A DNA stretch of 64,000 nucleotides from Acidobacteriota bacterium (GTDB lineage Bacteria; Acidobacteriota; Blastocatellia; RBC074). The notes under the pieces are model-generated. The model ran no database searches and was not told the origin of the DNA. It was given only the letters and a program-made list of their open reading frames with translations. The position numbers and the translations under genes are program-made. Shown here one piece after another: positions 10,858-20,391 of this stretch. The stretch's first letter is position 1, and every line of letters starts with the position of its first letter. The DNA lies in contig JAFDVL010000102.1 in assembly GCA_018268995.1 (NCBI GenBank), forward strand, positions 21,696 to 85,695. Reading direction: 5' to 3'.

Positions 10858-11429
10858 AAATTCGGCGATTGTTACTCATTCCAATTTTGTTCACAATTTG
10901 CCTTCCGGTTCTTGTGCTTTCACTGCTGAGCAAACCGAAGATGACCGAAACACCTGAGCCATCAGCTTCCTATCGAATCGTTGTCAAAAAATCGCAGCGG
11001 AAGCTTTATCTCTATAACCAGGACAAGAAGCTGCTCAAGACGTACAAAATCGCGCTTGGCTTTAACCCTGTCGGAACCAAGCAAAAACAGGGCGATGGCG
11101 CGACGCCCGAAGGTAAGTATTACATCACGCATAAAAACCCGAATAGCAAGTTTCACCTTTCACTCGGAATCAGCTATCCAAACAGTCAGGACGCAGCCTC
11201 AGGGTTGCAGCGAAAACTCATCACGCCAAAAGAATACGAAATGATAACCACTGCGATCCAGGCTCAGGCAAAGCCACCTCAAAACACGAAGCTTGGCGGT
11301 GATATTTTTCTGCACGGTCACGGCACAGATTCGGATTGGACTTGGGGGTGCGTCGCATTAGAAAACAACGACATCAAGGAATTATTTGATTTGCTCCCGA
11401 TCAAAACGCCTGTCAAGATTGAGCCGTAA
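10839..11429 (+). CDS. L,D-transpeptidase (YkuD) domain protein, secreted.
   Basis: TM/signal N-terminus, with the catalytic HGHGTDSDWTWGCVAL (His...Cys) motif. It overlaps the hemY 3' end by 19 nt. Confidence 0.75.
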   Translation: MDVQTLKIRRLLLIPILFTICLPVLVLSLLSKPKMTETPEPSASYRIVVKKSQRKLYLYNQDKKLLKTYKIALGFNPVGTKQKQGDGATPEGKYYITHKNPNSKFHLSLGISYPNSQDAASGLQRKLITPKEYEMITTAIQAQAKPPQNTKLGGDIFLHGHGTDSDWTWGCVALENNDIKELFDLLPIKTPVKIEP

Positions 11430-11434
11430 AGATT

Positions 11435-12073
11435 ATGTCAAACGAAAATAATGTCAGAGATAGTTACGATCTCGTGGCAGATGAATACGCCAAACGCCTT
11501 TATCACGAATTACAGGACAAAGCTTTTGACCGAAAGATGTTGGATTGGCTGGTCGAGCGAGTGGGACAATCAGGGGTGATTTGTGATTTAGGCTCCGGGC
11601 CAGGGCAAATCGCACGCTACCTGGCCAATCAAGGCGCACAAGTCTGTGGCATTGATCTGTCCGATGAAATGGTCAGACATGCGCAACGACTCAATCCTGA
11701 CATTGCGTTCACACAAGGTTCGATGCTGAAGTTGCCGCAGGTTGCGGATGCCACGTTTGCTGGCGTGGCTGCGTTTTATTCCATCATCCATATTCCGACG
11801 CCAATGGTCATTTCGGCCTTGTGTGAAATCAATCGCATTCTGCAACCGGGAGGTACGTTGCTCTTAACCTTTCACATCGGGGCACAACCGATTTTTATGG
11901 ATGAGTGGTGGGGACAGACAGTCGCTTTGGATTTTCATTTTTTTACAGTTGAAGAAATGAAGGACTACCTCATCTCTTCTGGCTTCGCAATTTTGGAAGT
12001 AATGCAAAGAGAGCCGTATTCCGAAGTCGAAGCACAAACAAAACGAGCCTATATCTTTGCTCGGAAGCGATAA
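11435..12073 (+). CDS. Class I SAM-dependent methyltransferase.
   Basis: SAM-binding motif VICDLGSGPGQIARYLANQGAQVCGIDLS. Confidence 0.75.
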   Translation: MSNENNVRDSYDLVADEYAKRLYHELQDKAFDRKMLDWLVERVGQSGVICDLGSGPGQIARYLANQGAQVCGIDLSDEMVRHAQRLNPDIAFTQGSMLKLPQVADATFAGVAAFYSIIHIPTPMVISALCEINRILQPGGTLLLTFHIGAQPIFMDEWWGQTVALDFHFFTVEEMKDYLISSGFAILEVMQREPYSEVEAQTKRAYIFARKR

Positions 12074-12079
12074 TACTTT

Positions 12080-13480
12080 ATGAAAACATTGTATCTGGAT
12101 TGTTTCGCTGGCATCAGCGGCGATATGACGATTGGAGCCTTGCTGGATTTAGGGCTGGACTTTGAGTATCTAAAACAAGAGTTAGCCAAACTCGGCATTG
12201 AAGGCTATGAATTGACGCTGGAACGTGTGGATCGTAGTGGCATCAATGCGGCCAAATTCGACGTACTTCAACGTGAGGAGGTGCATGTTTCGCATTCTCA
12301 CGATCACCACGAACATCACCATTTGCATTCGCACGATCATCATCACGATCACGAACATTCTCACGAACATCACCACGATCACCATCATCACGAACACTCA
12401 CACGATCATCATCATCACCCGCACCACGAACTTCATCACCAACATCATGCCCCTGCATCGGAATCGGGGGCCGCGCCAGCAGTTTCTCATCATGACCACC
12501 ATCATCACGATCATCGGTCGCTTTCAACCATCAAGCACCTGATCGCATCTTCGAGTTTAAGCGAGCAGGTCAAACAAAATGCCACCGCAATCTTTCAGCG
12601 AATTGGAGAGGCAGAGGCCAAGATTCACGGGATGGATCTGGAGTCCGTTCATTTTCACGAGGTGGGCGCGATAGATTCCATTGTGGACATTGTCGGTACG
12701 TGCATTGGCCTTGATGCTCTGGGCATTGATCAAATCGTCGCATCGCCCTTGCACGTAGGGTTTGGCACATTCACCTGCGCACACGGCACCTATCCAATTC
12801 CCGGCCCTGCGGCAACTGAAATCCTGCGCGGAGTCCCTGTCTATGCCAAAGACATTGAGGGAGAACTTGTCACCCCCACTGGCGCGGCGATAGTCGCAAC
12901 ACTGGCCAAAGCATTCACCAAACTACCGGCGATGCGGATTGACAAGGTTGGGTACGGAGCGGGAACACGAACTTACCCCAAATTCCCGAACGTGCTGAGA
13001 GCCGTTTTGGGAGAGATTGAGATTGCAGACAAGACCCCTGATACGATTACAGTGATTGAAGCCAATCTGGATGATTTAAGCCCACAGGTTTTTGGACACC
13101 TGATGGAACAAGCGTTTGCCGCAGGGGCGCTGGACGTTTTTTACACGCCGATTCAGATGAAGAAAAATCGTCCGGGCGTCTTGTTGACAATTCTCTGTGC
13201 AACGGAAGATCGCGAGCAGATGATGAATTTAGTCTTTCGCGAAACGACCACATTGGGGCTGCGTTTTCGCGAGGAAACGCGCAAGATCCTGCGACGTGAA
13301 TTCGTGACGGTCACAACCCAATTCGGCCCGATTAAAATCAAGGTTGCGCACGACCCATCCGGCGCAATCCTGAACGCCGCTCCTGAATTTGAGGATTGTC
13401 GGGCAGCCGCAATTCAGCATCAGGTTGCGATTCGTGAAGTGCAATTGGCGGCGTCCACGGCGTACAGCAATCATCATTGA
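12080..13480 (+). CDS. larC: LarC-family (DUF111) nickel-insertion protein with a long His-rich insert.
   Basis: MKTLYLDCFAGISGDMTIGALLDLG at the N-terminus; GAIDSIVDIVGTCIGLDALGID and TPTGAAIVATL at the C-terminus. The central tract HSHDHHEHHHLHSHDHHHDHEHSHEHHHDHHHHEHSHDHHHHPHH is strongly His-rich. Confidence 0.75.
   Translation: MKTLYLDCFAGISGDMTIGALLDLGLDFEYLKQELAKLGIEGYELTLERVDRSGINAAKFDVLQREEVHVSHSHDHHEHHHLHSHDHHHDHEHSHEHHHDHHHHEHSHDHHHHPHHELHHQHHAPASESGAAPAVSHHDHHHHDHRSLSTIKHLIASSSLSEQVKQNATAIFQRIGEAEAKIHGMDLESVHFHEVGAIDSIVDIVGTCIGLDALGIDQIVASPLHVGFGTFTCAHGTYPIPGPAATEILRGVPVYAKDIEGELVTPTGAAIVATLAKAFTKLPAMRIDKVGYGAGTRTYPKFPNVLRAVLGEIEIADKTPDTITVIEANLDDLSPQVFGHLMEQAFAAGALDVFYTPIQMKKNRPGVLLTILCATEDREQMMNLVFRETTTLGLRFREETRKILRREFVTVTTQFGPIKIKVAHDPSGAILNAAPEFEDCRAAAIQHQVAIREVQLAASTAYSNHH
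12290..12470 (+). repeat. Low-complexity CAY/GAY codon repeat encoding the His/Asp/Glu-rich segment of larC.
   Basis: Directly visible as reiterated catcac/gatcac/gaacat units. Confidence 0.6.
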
Positions 13481-13549
13481 TCCCGTTCGCGCTGCGACAA
13501 GACGAACTCAGTAACCTTGGTGCGTTAATCTTTCCTTGCCCCCGCCCCA

Positions 13550-15778
13550 ATGGATTTTATTGCCATGAGCCAAGCAGAATATGCAAAACAGCATCGCGGG
13601 ACGCGTGATGCGTACGAATCGTACTTCAGCGGGATGGACGCTTCGATGCAGCAGAAAGTTGCGTTGACGACTGGGTACTTCCCGACACGCGGGCGAATTG
13701 CTGATATGGGCAGTGGGTCGGGGCGTGGGACTTACGATCTGGCCTGTTTATATGCGAATCTGGAAGTAGTCGGGGTTGATATTAATCCGGTTTCTGTTGC
13801 CCGTTCGCAGGAAACATATCAGGCATCGAACCTTTCCTATCTTACAGGAGACATCGCGGAAAAAGTTTTTCCTGACGAATCGCTGGATGGCGTTCTCAAT
13901 TCATCCGTGCTGCATCACGTCACCAGCTTCAATCAGTTTGATGTGGTGCGCGTCTCCACCACATTTGATCATCAGGTTGCACAATTAAAAACAGGCGGCG
14001 TCATCATCGTCCGCGACTTTGTTATTCCCAATGGGCCAGAGAAAGTCTGGCTGGATTTACCAACGGATGACGGGCTGAGCGAAGGAGAAATCAAAGGGCT
14101 TTCCTCCGCAGCGTTATTTGAACGTTTCGCGCGTAACTGGCGTAGCAGTTTGAATCCCGACACGGCAGTTCCCTACTTGCAATTAACGTCATCCCATCCG
14201 CATTGGGCGCGCTTTGAAGTGAGTCTGCGTGCTGCTACAGAATTTGTACTGCGCAAAGATTACCGCGCAGATTGGGATGCTGAGTTGCTTGAAGAATACA
14301 CGTACCTGAATCAAGCAGAGTTTGAAGCTGCGTTTCGCGCACGCGGATTACGCATCATCAATTCAATGCCGATTTGGAATCCGTGGATTGTGCAAAATCG
14401 CTTCAAGAATCGGTTTCAGCTCTACGATCTTGCGGGCACGCCAATCGCGTTTCCTCCGACAAACTTTTTAATTGCGGCGGAAAAGGTTCCTGCGACAGAG
14501 GGCGTTGAATTGTTTGAACTAAAACAATCTGCTCTGGAGTCTCCCAAATTTCTTTCCGTCAGAAGCTATCGCCACAAGACCACCGGGGAACATTTTGAGC
14601 TGGTGACAAGGGCAAAACAAACCATTGACCTGCTTCCCTGGTTTGAGAATAACGGGCAGATTTTCATCTTAGCCAAAAAAGATTTTCCGCGTCCGCTTGT
14701 GAACGCCTGTTCTGATCATCCAAACCTGAATCATTCGACAAGGTCAGGGTACATCACAGAGCCAATTACAGCATTAGTTGATGGAACCGAAACCCCCAAT
14801 GTGGCGATACACCGCGTCTTACAAGAGCGGGCAGGCATTCAGGCAGAAGATATTACCTCCATTGGCGACCCGTTTGATTACTTCACCTCACCCGGCGGAT
14901 TGGATGAACGCGTTCTGGCGCGGCTGGTTCAAATTCAACCGAGATTTGCCACTCCTTTCGTCAGTCCGAATTATACGAAATTTACCTCGGCGGGCATCGT
15001 CCGTGAATTGGATGCTGGGCAAACGCTACGCGCCAGCCACGTAGGCGGGATGTTCGACGCCCGAATGGAAATCAATCTCTATCGGCTGCTTCGCAGTCTG
15101 AACCGTTCCGTTGGAACCTGGATTGGTGCTCCAATTCGGTTAATTGAACAAGCCTCAACGGATGTGCCACAAGAAACACGGTCAGTGCTTTCGCCAACCG
15201 CAATTGAAGCGTTCGAGGCTGACACGACAACACCGGAACTAAAATATCTGGAGCTGCGGGAAGGAAGTTTCTCTGAGATAAATGCAGCGGGGTACGATCT
15301 AGCGCAAGCTGAATTTGAGTATGTCATTCCACGCGAAATAAGCAGGAATACGGTGACGGCGCTGCCGGTCGTAAAGCGCAAAGAAGGCGTTTTCATTGCA
15401 CTGGAACAACGTGATCTGCCTGCGCCACAGCACTTCACCCAGAATTCGCGCCTTGCGGTCGTTCCGGCGTGGAGGCTGCCACATACACTTCAGCATCTGG
15501 CAGAAACGCCTGCTTTTTTGAGGCAGCGATTTCGCAGTGATTATGGAACTGGTTTGCAACAGGCGTGGGAATTAGGCGGCGCGTACTTCCCGACTCCGGG
15601 AGTAACGCCTGAAATTGTTTACCCATTTGCCTGTGAGGTTGAAGCAGCAGATTTGGCTGGATCAGGGTTACAGACTGTCAGGCTGGAAGAAGTAATCGAA
15701 CATATTGATCTGGTACAGGACGCGCATACATTGATTGCCATTCATCGTCTGGCGCATGCGCTGGGGTTCTTGCCATAA
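13550..15778 (+). CDS. 742-aa protein with an N-terminal SAM-methyltransferase domain fused to a roughly 500-aa uncharacterized C-terminal region.
   Basis: SAM motif IADMGSGSGRGTYDLACLYANLEVVGVDINP at residues 50-80. I recognise no family in the remainder. Confidence 0.55.
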   Translation: MDFIAMSQAEYAKQHRGTRDAYESYFSGMDASMQQKVALTTGYFPTRGRIADMGSGSGRGTYDLACLYANLEVVGVDINPVSVARSQETYQASNLSYLTGDIAEKVFPDESLDGVLNSSVLHHVTSFNQFDVVRVSTTFDHQVAQLKTGGVIIVRDFVIPNGPEKVWLDLPTDDGLSEGEIKGLSSAALFERFARNWRSSLNPDTAVPYLQLTSSHPHWARFEVSLRAATEFVLRKDYRADWDAELLEEYTYLNQAEFEAAFRARGLRIINSMPIWNPWIVQNRFKNRFQLYDLAGTPIAFPPTNFLIAAEKVPATEGVELFELKQSALESPKFLSVRSYRHKTTGEHFELVTRAKQTIDLLPWFENNGQIFILAKKDFPRPLVNACSDHPNLNHSTRSGYITEPITALVDGTETPNVAIHRVLQERAGIQAEDITSIGDPFDYFTSPGGLDERVLARLVQIQPRFATPFVSPNYTKFTSAGIVRELDAGQTLRASHVGGMFDARMEINLYRLLRSLNRSVGTWIGAPIRLIEQASTDVPQETRSVLSPTAIEAFEADTTTPELKYLELREGSFSEINAAGYDLAQAEFEYVIPREISRNTVTALPVVKRKEGVFIALEQRDLPAPQHFTQNSRLAVVPAWRLPHTLQHLAETPAFLRQRFRSDYGTGLQQAWELGGAYFPTPGVTPEIVYPFACEVEAADLAGSGLQTVRLEEVIEHIDLVQDAHTLIAIHRLAHALGFLP

Positions 15779-15872
15779 GCATCCGAAATTGCCGGGAGTA
15801 TTTGCCGTTGGCTCCTACTCCGGTTGCAATTCATCAGAATGAATCAAGGCTTTTCACAACAACCAAATTGGA

Positions 15873-17309
15873 CTATTTGGGCGCAGAGGCAGGTTGAATA
15901 CGGATTTCGCTGATGTTGTGCGGGGCCGCCGACTCAACGTTGAGCTGGAATGCAATCCAGTCGGAAGCTTTCTTCGTTTGCACCAAGACCTCGATTTCTG
16001 TTTCAGAAGATCGTTTGATGCTGTGCAATTTCAGACCTCCTGATTGCTGAAAGAATCCCATGTCCTGTTCGGCATTTTCCGGGTTCCCTCCGTGATCCTG
16101 ATGAAACTTTCGCATCGTTTCGATCTTGCCGGTATTCAATGCCTTCACAAAAGCCTCCAGCGTTTTGCCAGCAGGCGTATTTGGTAAAGCCAACTCATCT
16201 CCCGTCGAAGATTGCGTTTTGGCTGATCCGGTCGGAGCTTTCATTTCATCCAGTTCGTGTTGAATTGCTCCGATTAAGGATTTCAATTGTCCGGCCAGCC
16301 GTGAATCTGTGTTTTTGGCTTCGACCGCTTTCAAGGCAGCAAGATGTGCTGTCTTGAGCGATTGTGCCGCAGCGACTTCGATGTCGGGTTTGACACCCAC
16401 GCCTTCCCAATTGGTTTTCGTGATCGGATTAATCGCGCGGGCAAACGGCACGCCGATCACAAAATCCTCACTGATTTTATGTGGGCTGACAGGATGTGCG
16501 CCGCCGCCTGTCACCTCCCCAATGATCGTTGCGCGTTTCAGATTTTTAAGGTTATAGGAAAATTCTTCCGCCCCCGAAAATGTGTATTTACTGGTCAGGA
16601 CGAACACCGGCTTTTCGCCCCCGAACTTTTTACCAGGCACGTTTTCCTTCGTCCAGAATTCTTCTGTCTGATTGCCAGGCCGCTCATAAATGTCATTGAG
16701 GTGTGTGCGCTTATCAAAGAGGTAACTGGAAACAAACGCAACCATCGCCGGGTCTCCGCCCCCATTCTGTCGCAAGTCAATAATCAAAGCATCCGTGTTG
16801 GCCAGAAATGACATGGCAGCGGCGGCAGTTTCGCGGGCAAATTCCGGGTCTTCAAAACCTCGAAAATCCAGATAGCCAATGTTGCCACCTAACCGTTCGA
16901 CTTTTTCAAATCCAAAATTCCGTTTGCTGGCCATCATTCGGTACTGCTCACGATCTGCCCCTCCTCCCAGATTCGGGCCACCGCCTCCGGTAAACCTGAC
17001 ACTTAGATGCTTATCCTTACTTACCTCGCGCAAGTGATCGGTCAGGGTATTGGCGAAGATGATCGGATTCGTGATTTGATCGTAGTCCTTCCGCTCCTGT
17101 CGAGCGCGAATGGCCGATTCCATCTGTTTGGCCACTTCAGGGAAAACATAATTTTCGTGCAATTTTTTAATCGCTGCCTCAATCACCTGACTGCGGATGC
17201 TGGCGTCAATTGCTTTTGCGGGTGTCTTTGCAGGCGGATTCCCTGGTTGTGCAATCACAGAAAGGGACAGGACGAGTGCCAGAAAAAGGGATAAAATTCG
17301 CATTCTCAT
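15873..17309 (-). CDS. S41 family (C-terminal processing / tricorn-like) peptidase, secreted.
   Basis: Signal peptide MRMRILSLFLALVLSLSVIAQ. The S41 hallmark ALIIDLRQNGGGD is present. The start at M19 (17309) versus M21 (17303) is ambiguous. Confidence 0.75.
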   Translation of the reverse strand: MRMRILSLFLALVLSLSVIAQPGNPPAKTPAKAIDASIRSQVIEAAIKKLHENYVFPEVAKQMESAIRARQERKDYDQITNPIIFANTLTDHLREVSKDKHLSVRFTGGGGPNLGGGADREQYRMMASKRNFGFEKVERLGGNIGYLDFRGFEDPEFARETAAAAMSFLANTDALIIDLRQNGGGDPAMVAFVSSYLFDKRTHLNDIYERPGNQTEEFWTKENVPGKKFGGEKPVFVLTSKYTFSGAEEFSYNLKNLKRATIIGEVTGGGAHPVSPHKISEDFVIGVPFARAINPITKTNWEGVGVKPDIEVAAAQSLKTAHLAALKAVEAKNTDSRLAGQLKSLIGAIQHELDEMKAPTGSAKTQSSTGDELALPNTPAGKTLEAFVKALNTGKIETMRKFHQDHGGNPENAEQDMGFFQQSGGLKLHSIKRSSETEIEVLVQTKKASDWIAFQLNVESAAPHNISEIRIQPASAPK

Positions 17310-17568
17310 ACTCCTCTTGAAAAGATAGGATTTCCTACAGTTTGGTTTACTAAAATCTCCCACAAGAGTTCCAACTTTAACTGGACGATGTTGAAATATT
17401 TACGGCGAGGACGGTTTGTGTTCAGGAGTGAATCCAGGATCAGTTCATCGCTTCAAATACACCGTTCGTCATTAAATCCTACCGTTCGTCAGATACCTTC
17501 GGCTTCCAACTAAATCTATCCGTATCTTTTCAGGCAAAGCAGCGCTTTGCTTTACCTGAGGAGACAAG

Positions 17569-18336
17569 ATGAATAACACCCTTTTTTTTCGCCTACTCTC
17601 AGTCCTTTTTTTCAGCCTGATGGTTTTCATTTTCACCACGTTTTGTGCGCCTGCCTGGGCCCAGACCTCTCGTGCTGAAACCGCTAAATCGTACCTTGAG
17701 CGAGGCCAAAGCTGGCTTGCCAAAGGGGAATTCAAGCGAGCCATTTCGGATTTTGATTTGGCCATCGCCACTGATCCATCATCAGCACAGGCCTATTTCA
17801 ACCGGGGCGAATTGCGCCGTGTGACAAAAGATTTTGCAGGTGCCGTTGACGATTATTCCAAGACCATTCAAATCAACCCGACGGATGCCAAAGCCTGGTG
17901 CAATCGCGGAATCGTGCATCGCCATCAGGGGCAGATTGAAGAGGCGATTGCAGACATCACACATGCACTTGAACTCAACCCCAATTTCGCTGAAGCCTAT
18001 TACTATCGGGCGACGTCCTACTGTCAAAAGCAGCTCCTGGAAAAAGCGATAGCCGATTTTGATCTCGCAATTCGGCTGCGTCCGCGATTTGCTGAGGCCT
18101 ACAATGATCGGGGCGTCACGCTTCATCGAATTGGAAAGCTGGAGGCGGCAATTGTGGATTACAACCATACCATCAAGCTTCAACCAGAGTTCGTCAAAGC
18201 CTGGATGAATCGAGGGATTGCCTACCTCGAAGCAGGGGCGATGGAAAAAGCCAAAAAGGACTTGGCCGAAGCCTGTCGTTTAGCACCGGAAATGAAAGCG
18301 ACAGTTGAGCAAATTCTGGGATCGCATAAGCCTTAA
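17569..18336 (+). CDS. Secreted tetratricopeptide (TPR) repeat protein.
   Basis: Signal peptide, then about six tandem 34-aa TPR units (AxAYxNRG..., AEAYYYRA..., AEAYNDRG...). Confidence 0.8.
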   Translation: MNNTLFFRLLSVLFFSLMVFIFTTFCAPAWAQTSRAETAKSYLERGQSWLAKGEFKRAISDFDLAIATDPSSAQAYFNRGELRRVTKDFAGAVDDYSKTIQINPTDAKAWCNRGIVHRHQGQIEEAIADITHALELNPNFAEAYYYRATSYCQKQLLEKAIADFDLAIRLRPRFAEAYNDRGVTLHRIGKLEAAIVDYNHTIKLQPEFVKAWMNRGIAYLEAGAMEKAKKDLAEACRLAPEMKATVEQILGSHKP

Positions 18337-18389
18337 AACCCAGATTTTTCGCATAGCGTTTACGCCCACAAAGCTTTATTCTTACCGCT

Positions 18390-19547
18390 ATGATGCAACG
18401 TACCGAAACACTTTTAGATACTCATCATAGCCACGAACACAACGGAACCTGGCTTTCCTGGCAGGCCTTAACTTGTTCGTGCATTTATGGCAAAACGCTC
18501 ACAGCACGCTGGGGATCAAGGTTGATGCTGATTCTGGCTGCCACCTTGACCTCAGCGCTGCTGAAATATTGGATGATCGCTGATGCACGCCACACATCGT
18601 TTTCATCGTGCCTGTTTTACTCGTTCATCTATTGCGCCTGCATTGGCGTAGAGTTTTTTTATTCATTCCATCTTTTTTCTGAGCGCATCGCGCGTCAGCC
18701 GTTTCCGCTGAACTGGTTCTTTCTCTTCCTGACCGTCTTGGTTTCTGCGGCCATTGGATATTTGACAGGAGGACTGATTTTGGTCGCGTTCGGTGCCTTT
18801 TCTTTGCACGAGTTTCTGGAATCATTTGCCCGCAGTCTGCGCTTTTCGCTCGTGCTTGGAATGGTATTTGGCATTAGTTTCTTTTTGTATGAATCGTTAC
18901 GAATCCGACTGGAAGCAACGACGCTGGAGCTGCGCACAAAACAGTTGGAAGAGGAACGCGCACGAAAACTGGCGATTGCGGCCCAATTGTCATCGCTGGA
19001 ATCTCGCGTCCGCCCACATTTTCTGTTCAATACGCTGAATTCCATTTCTGCTTTGATTCGAGAAGAGCCTGTTCAGGCGGAGCGAATGGTCGAACGACTT
19101 TCTGCCATGCTTCGGTTTTCGCTCGAATCCAATCAGCGGAGCATTGTTCTGCTGCGTGACGAAGTCAAAATTGTCACTGATTATTTGGAAATCGAAAAAG
19201 CGCGGTTCGGAGATCGCTTGCAGTTCCAAATCAATGTGCCGACTTCGGTGAGTATGGTGCAGATGCCGCCATTCGCGCTGCAAACGTTGGTCGAAAACAG
19301 CATCAAGCATGCCATTGCGAATAAGCGTGAGGGCGGAGAAATCCTGATCCAGGCAGAACTGAAGAATGATGTCGTTCGTTTGGAAGTACGCGATGATGGG
19401 CCGGGTTTCTCAGAGGATCAGATTCCGCCCGGTCACGGATTAGATAACCTACGATCTCGACTCTACGCATTATTTGGCGAAGCAGCTTCGCTAGACATTC
19501 GGCCCGATGGCAAATACACAGTTGTAACGATTTCTTTCTTTGGCTAA
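18390..19547 (+). CDS. Sensor histidine kinase, LytS/YehU (5TM-LYT / His_kinase) family.
   Basis: Multi-TM N-terminus. The H-box ESRVRPHFLFNTLNSISALI and a C-terminal HATPase region are present. Confidence 0.8.
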   Translation: MMQRTETLLDTHHSHEHNGTWLSWQALTCSCIYGKTLTARWGSRLMLILAATLTSALLKYWMIADARHTSFSSCLFYSFIYCACIGVEFFYSFHLFSERIARQPFPLNWFFLFLTVLVSAAIGYLTGGLILVAFGAFSLHEFLESFARSLRFSLVLGMVFGISFFLYESLRIRLEATTLELRTKQLEEERARKLAIAAQLSSLESRVRPHFLFNTLNSISALIREEPVQAERMVERLSAMLRFSLESNQRSIVLLRDEVKIVTDYLEIEKARFGDRLQFQINVPTSVSMVQMPPFALQTLVENSIKHAIANKREGGEILIQAELKNDVVRLEVRDDGPGFSEDQIPPGHGLDNLRSRLYALFGEAASLDIRPDGKYTVVTISFFG

Positions 19548-19567
19548 AACTCTCTGAGATTGAATCC

Positions 19568-20356
19568 ATGACGACGCAATCCATCCTGCAAGTATTCCTG
19601 GTTGACGATGAACCGCTAGCCCTGAAACGACTGGCCCGGCTGCTGACAGAAACAGGGCAAGTTGCGATTTTGGGGCAAGAATCCGACCCTGAAACGGCAC
19701 TGACGCGTCTCAGGGATGCGTCCTTACGCGAGCAGGTAGATGCGCTTTTTCTGGATATTCAGATGCCTGTACTCAATGGATTTGATTTGTTGAGGCGATT
19801 GGATTGGCAGCCGTTTGTGATCTTCACAACAGCGTATAACGAGTATGCCTTGCAGGCGTTTGAGGTGCATTCAATTGACTACTTGCTCAAACCGGTTGAG
19901 ACAACCAATCTGCATCGCGCACTGACCAAGCTCCAGCGGTTTGCTGCGGCTCCCGTGCAACCGGATTTCCGCAGCGTAGTCGAACAGCTGGCAGCCTCAA
20001 TGGTTTCGCCAAAAACAATTGCTCCCTCTCGAATTGCTTCACGCCTCGGTGAGCGAATTCGCTTTATTGAGCTTTCACAGATCACGCATTTCTATGCGCA
20101 GGACAAGCTCACCTTTGCAGCAACCGCGAACGGTAATCACATTATTGATCGCACCATCGTTGAATTAGAGCAGGAATTGGCCAGCAACCAGTTTATCCGC
20201 ATTCATCGTGCGATCCTGCTGAACGCGGATTACATTGACGAAGCGCATTCGTGGTTCGGGGGACGATTGGTCGTGCGCCTGAAAGATGCCAATCGAACGG
20301 AACTGACCGTCGCACGGGATCGAGTCAAAGAGCTAAAAGATAAACTTGGATTTTAG
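19568..20356 (+). CDS. LytTR-family response regulator (REC + LytTR DNA-binding domain).
   Basis: Receiver motifs LVDDEP...DALFLDIQMP. The C-terminal LytTR motif is ...FIRIHRAILLN... Confidence 0.85.
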   Translation: MTTQSILQVFLVDDEPLALKRLARLLTETGQVAILGQESDPETALTRLRDASLREQVDALFLDIQMPVLNGFDLLRRLDWQPFVIFTTAYNEYALQAFEVHSIDYLLKPVETTNLHRALTKLQRFAAAPVQPDFRSVVEQLAASMVSPKTIAPSRIASRLGERIRFIELSQITHFYAQDKLTFAATANGNHIIDRTIVELEQELASNQFIRIHRAILLNADYIDEAHSWFGGRLVVRLKDANRTELTVARDRVKELKDKLGF

Positions 20357-20391
20357 CTGCGATTGGTGTCCACCGATTTTTCCAACTGTCC

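Noticed and set aside
12182-12542. ORFs in other frames across the His-repeat (Ile/Thr/Asn-rich, Met/Val-rich).
   Set aside because: They are alternative-frame readings of the CAY/GAY repeat inside larC.
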